DNA from: Xylographa opegraphella
Taxonomy: Eukaryota
DNA length: 64,000 bases
Assembly: GCA_022813865.1 (NCBI GenBank)
Contig: JALDZX010000005.1
Coordinates: 496,001 to 560,000 of the forward strand
Direction of reading: 5' to 3'
Positions 38,901 through 51,016 of the stretch are shown here, piece after piece (within the stretch, counting starts at the first letter, position 1; every line of letters starts with the position of its first letter). The notes below the pieces were generated by a model. The model searched no databases and was not told the origin of the DNA. It saw nothing but the letters and a program-made list of their open reading frames with translations. The position numbers and the translations under genes were made by a program.

Positions 38901-39385
38901 TTATATTGCCCGCCGGCAGTATGTATAGCACAGTTGACTGGTAATCTCCAAGCCTCCGCATCTCCACAGTCACAACAACCACTGTTGCCGGGCGATATAC
39001 TGATATATACCATGTGCCCGGTGTGATCCGAGGCTTCGAAGCATCTACTGCAGAGAACACACGTGTCGTCAGATGTACAAGTCCTGCATCGATAAGTTGC
39101 CTCTCCACTTTTGAAGATGTGGCCGCAGGGCTTGCCCCTGGCTGCTTCCGTGTATTCGGACCCATCAACGGCACCCTGCGCATCTCGTAGTAGCCACTCT
39201 TCTTGGTGACCAGGTATGTTGTTCCTGAATAGGACCGTAAGGTAGTCATCGTTTCCGTTCACTAAACCTCGGAAGAGTAAGCGCTGGAGAGCTTGACGTG
39301 CATCTTTGCCATATCGGTTGTTGAAAAATTTGGGTAGGTCCCTTAGTTCGCGGCAAAGATGCCTCTCAAGATTCGAGATGAGCAT
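32935..39385 (-). CDS. UBR1: N-end rule E3 ubiquitin ligase, 2 exons
   Basis: UBR box (CGHIFKSGEATYRC...GCCDCGD), ClpS-like LWNDEKHT, RING-H2 (CILC...CGHIMHYKC...CPLC) and C-terminal PYLDKHGE. Intron 33260..33203. Confidence 0.96.
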
Positions 39386-39897
39386 AATGGGCTGTTATCT
39401 TAAGGATGAAGCAAGCTCATGCATATCCATAAATGTACCGTGTCCCTCATTCAGAAGCGGGGTCGTATGGACCGTGTCATTTGTAGAATAAGAAGGTGAC
39501 TGATGTGGCAGACCGAAGAGTGAAGTTGAGTCATAAATCTCAGGAAGGAATACCGAGTGATGTGGTGTTTTGCAGTTGGTCTTCTGGACTGACTGATGTT
39601 GCGGATGGTCCTTGGCAAGGGTTGGCAAATGGTATGTAACTGCAAAAAGATGAGATTGACACGATCACTGGCCAGATATACCGGTCACGTCTGAAATAGA
39701 TGAGGCTTTACGATTCTATCGAAATAATATCGAGTCTATCATGCTAGTGAGTCTACTGGGCCTTGCCATTTCGCGACAAAACGCTTTTTTAACCACCCTT
39801 ATGCCTTGCCATGCCACACTTTCAATCTGTCGACCTTAATGCGCAGGAGCTCGCACCGTTTCAGCTTCTCTGGTTCTCCATCACACCACTATTGTCT

Positions 39898-40313
39898 CTA
39901 GTTGTCGCTCTCAATGTACCTGTCTCTTATGTCCTTCCACTGACGCTATTACCACGAGTCAGCATCTTCATAGTGCCACTGCAGTGCTTTTTTTGGGCCC
40001 TACCCCTTTGTTGGTCGTATCCCAAATTTTATCTATCGTTCGATCAAACCCCCTATTGGCATGACGTGTAAGCTTGTGTATCTTTGAATGAGTGTCGCAA
40101 CTTGGATGCTTACAGCTCGAATGCAAAGGCTCCTCCGAACACAACAGCAAGGAAAGCTTGGTTCCTTCGAAAGATCGTACTGTCCAATTTTTCGGTCTCT
40201 GACATCGATAAATGCGGATTGCTAGAACTCACTTGTATATGCTGGATGCGATCTGGATGTAATCTTATCAGCCTGAGACATCGATTGAGATAAATTCGAC
40301 ATACGCCCGCCAT
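39898..40313 (-). CDS. QCR9: Cytochrome bc1 complex subunit 9, 5 small exons
   Basis: The spliced product is MAG|IASSIYN|TIFRRNQAFLAVVFGGAFAFEL|GFDRTIDKIWDTTNKG|RQWKDIRDRYIESDN*, using four GT-AG introns. Confidence 0.93.
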
Positions 40314-40720
40314 TGTTCTTCAACAATCAATGCAAACACAGGTTGTTTACCGGTAATCGACCAAAGCTCTATTTGGCAGAAGATTGAAGTCGAATCTACG
40401 GAGAACGAGAGAAGAGCGAAGTTGACTTTCCTCGGTTGTGATTGGCCAAACGCGGCGGGAGCGGGAAGTGACGTTAGGCCTGTGCACTTGCAATGTTCCG
40501 TGTAAACTACCTAAATGCGAAAACCGTACGGGGGTACCACAACCTACCTCAGAATGCTCCAGATTCCTTCCCAAACGCGAGTTTTTCCATTATAGCATAT
40601 CGTCACCTTGTACTGAGATTGAGACGCTATAGCCTGGACTGGCTTAGAAGAAACCCCACTAAAGCCACCCTTGGGATCACAGGGGCACATCTCATACTTT
40701 TTCCCTGGAAACCACACATC

Positions 40721-41350
40721 ATGCCATCCGTCGTTACAGAAAGCTCTACAAAGTCTGGTATCATAACATCAGAATCAGGCGAGCGCCATATTCCATCTTC
40801 CGTCAGACCTGATGGTACGAAGCGAAAAGAAATACGCATCCGTCCAGGCTACAAACCTCCGGAAGACGTTGAAGTCTACAAAAACCGCACTGCTGAATCA
40901 TGGAAATCGCGAGGATCAGGGGGAATTCCTGGATTGGAAAAAGGTGATACAGATGGAGTCAGCAAGGCGGCTAATACCAAAAATGCCAAACGAAGGGAGG
41001 CACGGAAGAAGGCGAAGGCATCTGAGGATGACCTGATAGCAGCCGAGGATGTGGAAGAGACAGGTGACAGCTCCACCTCCAAGAAAGTTGGTGCGAGCAG
41101 CATCACCAAGGAGGACCGGCGCACGCCAACCTCGATTCGAGCATCGGAGCCTGATCTGCAAGCGGAGAAGGAGAAGCTGGCACGAAACTTGAAGAAGAAA
41201 CTGCGGCAGGCCAAGGATCTGAAGGACAAGAAAGACCAAGGAACTAGCCTGCTGCCAGAGCAATTTGAGAAGGTAATTAAGATCAATGAGCTCATCCGGC
41301 AGCTGGATGTTCTAGGATTCAATGCCGACGGTGAACCAAAAGCGGATTGA
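40721..41350 (+). CDS. PYM1: Partner of Y14-Mago (WIBG/PYM), exon-junction-complex disassembly factor
   Basis: GERHIPSSVRPDGTKRKEIRIRPGYKPPEDVEVY Mago-binding motif, and C-terminal RNLKKKLRQ...LLPEQFEKV. Confidence 0.9.
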   Translation: MPSVVTESSTKSGIITSESGERHIPSSVRPDGTKRKEIRIRPGYKPPEDVEVYKNRTAESWKSRGSGGIPGLEKGDTDGVSKAANTKNAKRREARKKAKASEDDLIAAEDVEETGDSSTSKKVGASSITKEDRRTPTSIRASEPDLQAEKEKLARNLKKKLRQAKDLKDKKDQGTSLLPEQFEKVIKINELIRQLDVLGFNADGEPKAD

Positions 41351-41538
41351 GCATTGTGCTTATTTTTAGATTTGGTTATGGAAGATCGTGATGCTCATGG
41401 ATGCTTGGTGATGCTCAGCGTTGTGAAGTGCAGCATGTATGGGGCGGTCCGTACTGCTTCAGAGAATACCCTCAACGAAATAGCGATACTATATGCAAAT
41501 CGTACTTTGCAGACTTCGGATTTTCAGCACTTCCACGT

Positions 41539-43412
41539 CTATCTATATCCCCACTCTCGAGTACCTTTTTCTCTCCTTGTCCAGGTCTCTCCGCCGGCAA
41601 CCAGATCCTCCAGTCCGGTAGCTTTGCTCTCTGCTTCCAATTTCATTGTAAGTTCTTTTGCGGCTCTAACACAATCGTTTAGGCCCACTCCGGAATAGCT
41701 ATTTCCAGCTACTCTTAGCCTGCCATGAAAATGATCCAGCAGGCTTGAGCTCGCACGTCGCATCCGCGATGCATGTCCGACCGTGTACTGTGGAATACAC
41801 TCCCTCTGTAACGCTACTCTTACTGCTTGTGGCTCTTCTATGATATTTAAATGCCGCGCAAGTATAGCTTTCGCCATATTTGCGCCTTCCTCCTCGTCGG
41901 GAAATGTACCCCATTCATTCCACCAGTGGCCGCCAAGCATCACAGTCAATTTGGTGCCAGGTATCTCATCTTGGCCAATTGTGGCGTCCGAATCAAAAAC
42001 AACACCAAGAGCCCGTTCAATATTCTGATGAAAAGGTAAGGATCGAGGGAGGAGATAGCCGAAACCGTGTACAGGAAGGAGTTCTGGATTAGAATAGTAG
42101 AGGTTGACAACCATAACGGTGACGGAGGGAGTGTCAGCTAGAGGCGACAAGCAATTCCAAGGTTGCGTTATTGAATTGAGGGTTTTGCCAGAGATGGTCG
42201 AAACAACATGCGAATAACGGTGAGTCGAAGATACAGCAGCAGATCGTTTCGTGTTCTTTGGCTTCACTTGGACCTGAGATTTAATCAGTCAACATGACAT
42301 TTTCAACAGCCGATTAGCACACTTGCCTTGGATGCATTGCCATGGGCAACCATCTCGAGTGATTCAATCGGAGTGTCCATCAATATAGTGACATTTGGCA
42401 ACTTTCTCAGAGCTGATTCAAGAGACTCAGCAAGCTGTCCAAGTCCTCTTTTGAATGTATACACGCTGGACCCCCTGACTTTAGCAAAAACCTCGGTGCC
42501 CGTCAACGGCTGGCCATTAGAAGCTACCATAAACGGTTTCAGATATCTCATCATATGGAGATCCAGTAGAGGCACCAGAGAGTCATCTCTTGTCGCTTCC
42601 AACATGTTTCCCAACATCACGCTTGCATATTGCTCTTCTGTCTTATATACTTTTCCGAGTATTGACCTCGCACTCAATTGGTATATATCACCAGCATATA
42701 TTCCATGTAGGACAGCCGAGACCAGGTTATCTGCTACAGCCGGCCCGAACTTCCTTGAAACAAATGCTCCAACAGATTCGTCGTCCAGATCGTCAGGCCT
42801 CGGCCGAAAAATTTCTGTCAAAGCACCGTATAGCAACCCTTGGAAAACAGGTTCAGAGAGCATGGACGAAAGTACACCAAGCGTTGAGCTTCCCGGTCCA
42901 GGCATACGTACCAGATGATCGGGGTAATATATAAAACGATTCCGCGCCGCGACTGATTCTTTCGATGTCATTAATATATCGTTTTGCAGACCCAATCGAT
43001 CTAACTAACATACCCATCAGCTTTACACGAAGATTGAGCATGATCGGCTTACAAGGTCAAGAGTGACCAACCCATTGGGAACGTTCGGCCTCAGAGTTCG
43101 CGGACCTTGCTCAAAGACTACTTTCCCGCTTCCCACATCAACCGAAGTTGATCTCAGCCAGCCCCCAAGGCGTGAACTGGCTTCGTAGAGCGTGACGTTC
43201 ACATCCTTGAAAGCCTCAGAAATGTAGAATGCGCTCGCCAATCCAGTGATACCTCCGCCCAGAATCGCAACTTCTTCAACCTTTTGGGTGTTCTGTTGAG
43301 AATCTGGTACTGTAGCATAAGTGCGCACTATGGACGGACATCGATGATGCGGGCGTGAGTAACACTCTCGCAGCAACCTTGTCAAGGCATTTACACAGGC
43401 CCTTGATTGCAT
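41539..43412 (-). CDS. HEM14: Protoporphyrinogen oxidase, 3 exons
   Basis: FAD motif VAILGGGITGL, RLGGW, FEQGPRTLR, HGIYAGD, GFGYL, IPQYTVGH and GVGLNDCV. Introns 43052..43005 and a GC-AG intron 42326..42274. Confidence 0.95.
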
Positions 43413-43815
43413 AGTCCCAGCAAAAGCGCAAGAATATCTACGCTGTCTCTCCGAACATACCTCGAGCTACATAAATAATTTACCTTGAATAATGTCGTTG
43501 ACGAAGGGTTGGAACTCAGAGCTACAGATAGATCTACTCTCAATGTGGCTAGGATCGGATATCCTAGCTTAGTCCTAGTGCTTGGCGACATCGAGCTTCC
43601 AGAAGAGTTTTAAACAGCGATAGAATAATAAAGAGGACAGCCTCCCTTTGGTTATCATCAAACTAATTACTACATGAAGGCAATCAGATCTCTCAGTGGC
43701 TATCTCCGTCGCTTTCACGTCTGGAACGCAAATGTATGCGAAGGACAGCCAAAATTCCATTGCTGCTACTTGGAGTATAGATGCTGATGAGTTTCAGACA
43801 TGTTACGCATTCATT

Positions 43816-45205
43816 TTATATGATATGCTGGTGATATTCTGCAGCATTCAATGTCGAAGAACTGCTTGTTTCCATTTTTGTAATCAGTCCCCCATTCCAA
43901 GATATTGCTCTTTCTCTCGTGAAATTCTGACACGACGTGCTGGACGTGCGCTTGGAATCAGGTCTTGCATTTCCATTTATACCACAATTTTTAATCTGAT
44001 CCGAATGCACTGCCGATGTCGGCAACGCCTGAGACCTCCAAATACCATACCTAACAGCCAGCTGCTTATAAAACTGAGGTAAGTAAGGTATGCAGCCACA
44101 AGTGATGGCGAGGTACTGCTCAATTCTGAATGATACAAATTAGTGTACTGCATTCTTCATACCTCGATATTCTACTCACGTCCATGCGATCACTAACGGG
44201 CTGACAGTGTCTGTCATGTGTCAGTATTTCATTTCCTGCTTAGCAGTATTTTATTGCGACTTACACAGATAATCCTCTGAAGCTGCTAACGTTCCTAGCA
44301 GTGTGGTCTTAGCAAGACACGCCCCCGCGTCTCTGAGCCAAAATTAGCCGGCAAAGTCCTGTAGCCATTGTATACACACCTACAGTATACCTATACCCAA
44401 CAGGATTGATATCCCAACTCGTTGAACCATTGAGATCTGGAGGTGGCGGAGCTTCATCATCGGCAATACCGAAAGTGTCAAAGCGGTGCAAGTGTTAACC
44501 GCTTCAATCCAATTAATTACGTACCAATCAGGGGTCACGAATGCAGCCGACGAACCTCCGTGAACATATCCGAACTTCACATGAACTTCTGGACTATTGC
44601 AACTCCCTTTAACACTAGAGTCCCACTGCCTTGCAACTGGACTACATTCGAGGCAGACCTGTAAAAAGGCGCCACAGTTGACCAAGATTTGGGCTGCCAC
44701 GTTGACCCAGAGGATGATCTTGTGATTGGTAAGTTGACGCCAAAGCCATGTTCTTGATTTCTCGACAATAGACACGGATGATTCAAAGAGGTACATCTCA
44801 TAAAAGGCTACAGATATTCTTGCCAGTGCTGCACCAACAATGCCGAAGGCTTGCGAGATAAATAGCAAACGAGCTGAGTACAGTTGGTCAATGTCGCCGT
44901 CACCAGCGTTCACGTGTCCTAACCCATGGCGTGCAGAGATAATGCACAAGCCAGTATTGACAATACATGTGGTCTACTTTCGTTAAACATAGTGCTCTAG
45001 CCTATGGCATATTCAGATTTCTTACCAGTGCCAACACCATCAGCATGGTCGAAATCTTCTCGCACACTGTTCTAGAGATTATCCGACAGCCACGAGCTCT
45101 AGATGGACGAAGATACAAAGCGAGGAGTCGCAGTGCGAGACCTATTACAGCTGGAAATGGCAGAGTCCATAGAACGGCCACCAGCGCGTCATACCGAGAT
45201 CCCAT
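43816..45205 (-). CDS. PTH11-like (fungal rhodopsin-domain) 7-TM integral membrane protein lacking CFEM, 6 exons
   Basis: Exons 45205-45026, 44973-44556, 44501-44384, 44332-44265, 44210-44180 and 44125-43816 join in frame. Motifs HGLGH, ARISVAF, CSPVARQWD...GSC, LP...L.HLQ and WTIEQYLAITCGCIP. Confidence 0.85.
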
Positions 45206-46739
45206 AACGACCGAGAGAGGAGAAGTAGTTGCTTGGAGTTCTCAACTTGATGGGAAATCATTGTGAGGTCTATCCAGCTTTCCAGACCTGCATGTGATTG
45301 CGCCACCAGGTCCCACTATATGGAAAGCATAAAGTCTGGTAAGCCTTCGCTTGCCATCCCGTGCATTACTACCCAAAGTCAAGTATTTCCTGCTTGCCAC
45401 CGAAGACAGCTCTTGCGGATTCTGTTCTGTCTTTGCTCATGCACTTTCCACCTGTGTGGACCCCTTTCCCTCTCGTGCTGCTGCTTCACATTGGCTCAGC
45501 CCTACGATAAGGCTCCGCGTTTAGCGCGTCTAATTCACGTTTCTCGACTTTTAAGAGCGATTCTGACACCCGAGAGGGGTTATGGTGTGGTGTATAAAAC
45601 CATTTGTACTATATATATATATGCTAGGGTGTGCTACCAAATTCATGCATTGCTTCTCCAGAGTTCAGGGTTCGAATCCCGTCAGTCGCTTCCACATCAG
45701 CAGTGAATTTATTCTGAATTTCCTCATCCATCTCTCTTGAATGACTTACCCCCCCCTTCCCTGATAGGGCAAGCTCCAATACTTCATTGTCATCAAGTCT
45801 CGTCTCTACCCTGTCATCAATTGGTGGAGAATGGTCGGGCAAAGCTGGGAAAGGCCGAGGCCGTTCGGTTGGATCATCACATCATCATCTTCCTTCATTC
45901 ACCCCAAACAGTTCGGGACAATATCGGGGGGGTTACACCAGGATTTAGTCTGGGACACAAGCGAGGATTCGAAGTCGCAGGACGGCAAGCAAGGATTCCG
46001 GGGAGGAAAATTCACTCAGCCGAAAGCGTAGCGCACCACATCTTCTGAACCACTTCACACGGGAACTCTGGCAATTGCGCGAACTACGAAGTGATTTAAA
46101 CAACTTTCCTAGAACATTCATTATGCCGCACAGTCGGTATTTTCTTTTTGGCTCATCGAGGCTCCTCCGTCTACCCTGTACTGATGATCGGGATTCTTTC
46201 TCTTCGATGCGGCGGTAATATGGTCCATCTTAGCATCTCAACTTCGAATGCGTCTTTACGTCAACTCTGCTCTTTTCCAAGAAGTATGGTCAAATGGCCG
46301 GTGCCGAAAGCACGGGCATACCGCAATAGTAAGTCACTTGTGACGCCGCGTTCAAGTTCTTCATATAATGTATTGGAGACCGGCGCCAGGTTTGCAAGGG
46401 AGGCATTTGGACGATGATGGATTGCAGGTTTGAAGAAGGACCACTGGCGCTCTACCAAAATCCACGCCGTCACAGTAAAATCTCTGATACCGAAGATTGT
46501 TTGTAGACGTTAGTACTTATACTCAACTTTGATCTACCAAAAGCCGACATATATGATACATTGTAGGTCATAGGCTCTAATACCCCTCGAGCCGCCGAAA
46601 CCATTAAGCATGGTCATACTCCTCAAGTGCACTAACGGGCGCCGGGACAAAATTTCGCCTCCCAAGGCAATTCATGCAAATACCAGCAGACCTCATGAAC
46701 ATACAGAATATAGCCCTTTCGTATTCAAGAGTTCTAGGG

Positions 46740-48451
46740 TTAGGTGACAACTTCCGCAGCGAGACTGGTATCGCTCCCCCCCATTACCTGATTGCCAGGG
46801 ACGATCAACTCCTCTTCTCCAGCCTCATCGTCAATAACGAACTTTCTTTCACTGACGTGCTCTCGGTCCTGGCTTCCGTCTGCCTGCCAGACCTTGTCGT
46901 CGAATTTCCCCCGCTTCTGCCCCTCTTCATGTTTGTACACGCAGCTTGGGTTCAAGCACGGGTTGAATCTGCATTTCGTCCTCACATGAGTAAATTTGCA
47001 ACCCTCTCTCGTACAATCGGCACCGTTGCGACACATCGGCATTGTAGGATGACGGAAAGGACATGCTGGATTTGTGCAATTGGGGAAAAATTTGCAGTCT
47101 TGCTCTGACTGGTGTGTGGATTTCTGCGCAGGTGATGGATGTCGCGCCACGCATTTACGGTTCTTGCAGGCAGCTCCGAAGGTACAATGGTCGTTGACGT
47201 CGATGGTTGTTCCAGGTGGTGCGGCTGGACTTTGATGAGCGAATATGCAGTCGGGCTTGGTGCATTTGAGGTTGAATTTGCAGATAGTATCTGGAGAAAG
47301 TTCGGTTGAAATATTTTGAGAGCTCTCGACTTCCATAGAAGATGTCAGGTCATTGTTGCTCATGTCCACATCTGGCTGGCTGGTAGAGTGAAATTTGTTT
47401 CCTTTCTGGGACGCCGAACCGTTGGTTTCAGGGCGCCCATGGTCGTGGAAGGCCCCATTCCGCTGCTGTGGATTTCCCTCAACTCGCTCAAACAACGATC
47501 GTCCAGGTTGCGGAGGCCTAGGACCCATTCCGTTCTGAAAGGCAGGGTTGATTGCTGGCAAGAGTATTTGCTGTTGTTGGGGGTTGAGAATTTCCGTCAT
47601 CATACGAGCTTGCTGCTCGTACATAGCGAACAATTGCATTTGTTGTTGAGGTGACATTTGCATCAGGGTAGCAGCTGGGCCGCGATTCAAAGGGTGTCCA
47701 TGTCCTGGACCAGTTGGGACTCTCACCCCATTGGTCCCCCGTATCTTGATACCATCGCTTCGCGGTCCCTTTGGAATTTGCCGGTTGTGCATATTGATGC
47801 GCTCAGTACCTTGAGGTCGAACACGATGAAGGGCTGCTTCGGTTGTTCTGTCCATGGCCTTCGAGATTTGTCCAATCAGTCGCTTGTTACCAGGTCGCAC
47901 TCCGTTTCGCATAGATTTTGGGCCTGTGGGGCTGGGGAATAGTTAGTATAGCTGTTTGGAAGAGTTTCAGAGTTATCCTTGGCCACAGTGACATACATGC
48001 TTCCATCCTGAACGCCATCCATGGCTTCAGTCATCTCAGCATCCTGACCGGCCGAGTCATCCAATTGTCTACTTCCCCCTTGCGAGAGCCTTACGTTTTC
48101 GTTGGAAGTGAAGGAAGGTATCGCCTGCGTCGGAGTCTGTTGAACTATAGGTGGCAGCTGCGAGATTATGGAGTCTATTGCCGGTCGGCTTAATACCTCA
48201 ACTTGCTCGAAAAGCCATCTCGAAAAATCAACAGCTCCGGAGTCGTCTGGACCAAGGTTAAGGAGGTCGTTAGAAAGCTCTGCCGAAATTTGCTCTTGGG
48301 TTTTCCCATTAACGAGCATCAAGATAATGTACTCTGCCAGTGCTGAATCGTCCAGGCCACCCGTAGACCATCCTACTTCAACGAGTTTCGGTTGCACGAC
48401 ATTGCTCAGCGCGTCAGCCAGCGGTGTATTGAGGGCTACCGACACGGCCAT
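46740..48451 (-). CDS. NAB2: Nuclear polyadenylated RNA-binding protein (PWI-like domain plus tandem CCCH zinc fingers), 2 exons
   Basis: ALAEYIILMLVNGK N-domain, five CCCH fingers, and HVSERKF. Intron 47996..47932. Confidence 0.92.
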
Positions 48452-48849
48452 TGTCCCTGGGAAGAGAGGTTTCGTATTATAAGGAGTATCAAGCAGTACT
48501 CCCGTGCAGCGAATGCGCAGACCTCAGGAGGCTGTGAGGCTTCTTGTACAGCCTGGAATAATAGTTTCAGGAGCTGTAACGAGTTTGGAATCGTCAGCTG
48601 GTAATATTGCGAGAGGGTCTGATGAAGGTTGCCTCAGTTCCAACAGCACCAGGGCGAATCAAATCGATGCCAAGCCTCTGTTGAGCCGGTTAGTAAGCTA
48701 ACAGCCCTACAATGCTAGGCGCGTCACCAAGAGCTACCTGATGCGAAGGGCCAGGCTCAGTAGCTTCTTAGCAATCCCAGCAACATAGTCATCACTGTTC
48801 TCACTTCTTTATCTTCTATACGCTCTTTGGGACCTCAAGATTCTCCACT

Positions 48850-49887
48850 ATGGATACTTTAGTGGCCCAGTATAGTCGGCCAGCGTTCCAAAACGAGGGA
48901 TACACTCAGTACGAGCAGCAAGAGCTCATCCAAGCAACTCCGCCACTATCACTAAAATTTGCTCTACCTCCAATAGCTAATGTAAGTACTTATCGATTAG
49001 CAGCTATTTGAAACTTTCAACTATGAATACGTTACAAGAAACTGATATGTGACCTTTAGCCTTCGGCCTTTCTTCGAGCAACCACTGATGATCATGCAAA
49101 TCCGAACTGCCCTATCAAGCTTGCTCACGGTACAACAACTCTGGCGTTTAGATTTCAGGGTGGTATCATAGTCGCAACAGACTCAAGAGCAACACAAGGA
49201 AACTGGATCGCTAGTCAGACTGTCAAAAAAGTCATCGAAATCAACAACTGCTTGCTTGGGACTATGGCTGGCGGAGCTGCGGTAAGTATTCTTCTGCCTT
49301 CCTACGTACTGGAACATACTCACGACGCTAATAGGACTGTCAATATTGGCTGGCATATCTTGGCATGCAGTGCCGACTACATGAACTGCGACATAAACGC
49401 CGGATCTCAGTGGCCGCGGCTTCGAAAATCCTGTCAAACCTAGTGTACTCGTACAAGGGGATGGGCCTTAGTATGGGAACCATGTGTGCCGGTGTAACGC
49501 CGCAAGAAGGTCCAGCTCTCTACTATATTGATTCAGACGGCACGCGATTAGCCGGAAACCTTTTTTGTGTGGGTTCCGGTCAAACCTTCGCTTATGGCGT
49601 TTTGGATGCCGAGTACAGCTATGACCTTAGTGAAGAGGATGCCTTGGAGTTAGGTCGACGAAGCATTTTGGCTGCCACACATCGAGACGCTTACTCGGGC
49701 GGCTTTATCAATGTATATCATGTGAAAGAGGATGGCTGGGTGAAACACGGTTTCAATGTAGGACTTCCTGCGGCGAGATCGGCCTGAACATACATGCTAA
49801 ACATATTTGCAGGACACAAACCCCATTTTCTGGAAGACGAAACTTGAGAAGGGAGAGTTCTCAAACGTGACTTCGGAACTAGTCTAG
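48850..49887 (+). CDS. PRE2: 20S proteasome subunit beta 5 (chymotrypsin-like), 4 exons
   Basis: [34 protein letters not shown] and HRDAYSGG. Introns 48982-49059, 49282-49334 and 49758-49812. Confidence 0.97.
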
Positions 49888-50053
49888 TACACGTATCTAG
49901 TTGGCGATACCCACTGGTTGCTGTTTGCGGCTGCATCTCTTGGCGAAGGGGATTTTGATGTATTTTCTAGACCCTGTGATACTAGCTTTGGCAGCTTGTC
50001 GTTCGAGAGACAACGAGCTTGTAACATCATCTTACATCGTCGCAAGGAAACTC

Positions 50054-50623
50054 TCATCCAAATGAAGAAATTGTTTTCAAGACTTCCCATTGTTCCACAG
50101 GTCCTTCGGTCTTCACCAGCAAAAGCTGGCCACCTTTCCATCCTAAGCCTTCCAAAGCAGTATACCCGAACATCTCTAATCTCTCTTTCACAGTGTGCGA
50201 AACAACTTCTCTGATAGTCTCATTCAAGTCCACATCGTTATATACTAAGCTCGCATGAGGATCATATTCATTCTCCACGGCTCGCTGTGCCTCATCGTCT
50301 GACATGTTGTTCAGCTTCACTCTAGCCTCCGTAGCAAGCTCAATCAATGTATGAGAACGCTCTATGCTAAAATATATCTTCTTGAAATAGGCAGCACCAA
50401 ATGACAGAGACGCGACAGAAACCGACAATTCAGGAGGGAATACGAGAAGACTGAGACGAGAGGTGCTTGCATGTGGTAATCCAGACACGACAGTTATGTG
50501 AGGGAGAAAGACTGGAGACGACTTCAGAGATGGATCAGCCTTGGGTAGTTCGGCAATGAGGTCGGAAATCTGGGCGTATATCGGAGACTTCGGCGGAGGA
50601 GTGAGCCATAGTGAAAACGCCAT
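50054..50623 (-). CDS. CPD1: 2',3'-cyclic nucleotide 3'-phosphodiesterase (2H phosphoesterase)
   Basis: SLWLTPP, two HxT/S motifs (PHITV and PHASLVY), and TEGPVEQW. Confidence 0.88.
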   Translation of the reverse strand: MAFSLWLTPPPKSPIYAQISDLIAELPKADPSLKSSPVFLPHITVVSGLPHASTSRLSLLVFPPELSVSVASLSFGAAYFKKIYFSIERSHTLIELATEARVKLNNMSDDEAQRAVENEYDPHASLVYNDVDLNETIREVVSHTVKERLEMFGYTALEGLGWKGGQLLLVKTEGPVEQWEVLKTISSFG

Positions 50624-51016
50624 TCCGCTGTAGAGGCAATTCAAAGTCTAGATATGTTTATTTCCCTTAAGAAGTCGCTTCCGCTTATATAACCAACAAT
50701 CTTTGTCACATCAGATGCTACTCATGTACAAATTTGTGCCTAGCGCAGTGGTTCTGACAGCGACGTGATGTAGATCAGTCACCACATTGCGGGGAAACTG
50801 CGGAGATAGCCGGCCAACCACTTCACTGTCGGTCTGCAGGAAACCCTGGCTTGGTGTTCCCATCACTACGGTAGTAAGCACAATGGCCGGCATAGAAAGT
50901 CATGCGCTGGTCCCTGGAGACACAGCTGATTTTCACTCTTACTTGATCTCCCCTCTTACCGTTACCATACAGAAACGTCAAAGGATTCTAGCCGAAGAGC
51001 TCGAGACTACGTCGAG

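Noticed and set aside
45666..45694. tRNA-like GGGTTCGAATCCC...CCA
   Set aside because: The T-stem pairs only 3 bp, and no acceptor stem, D-arm or anticodon arm can be built upstream.
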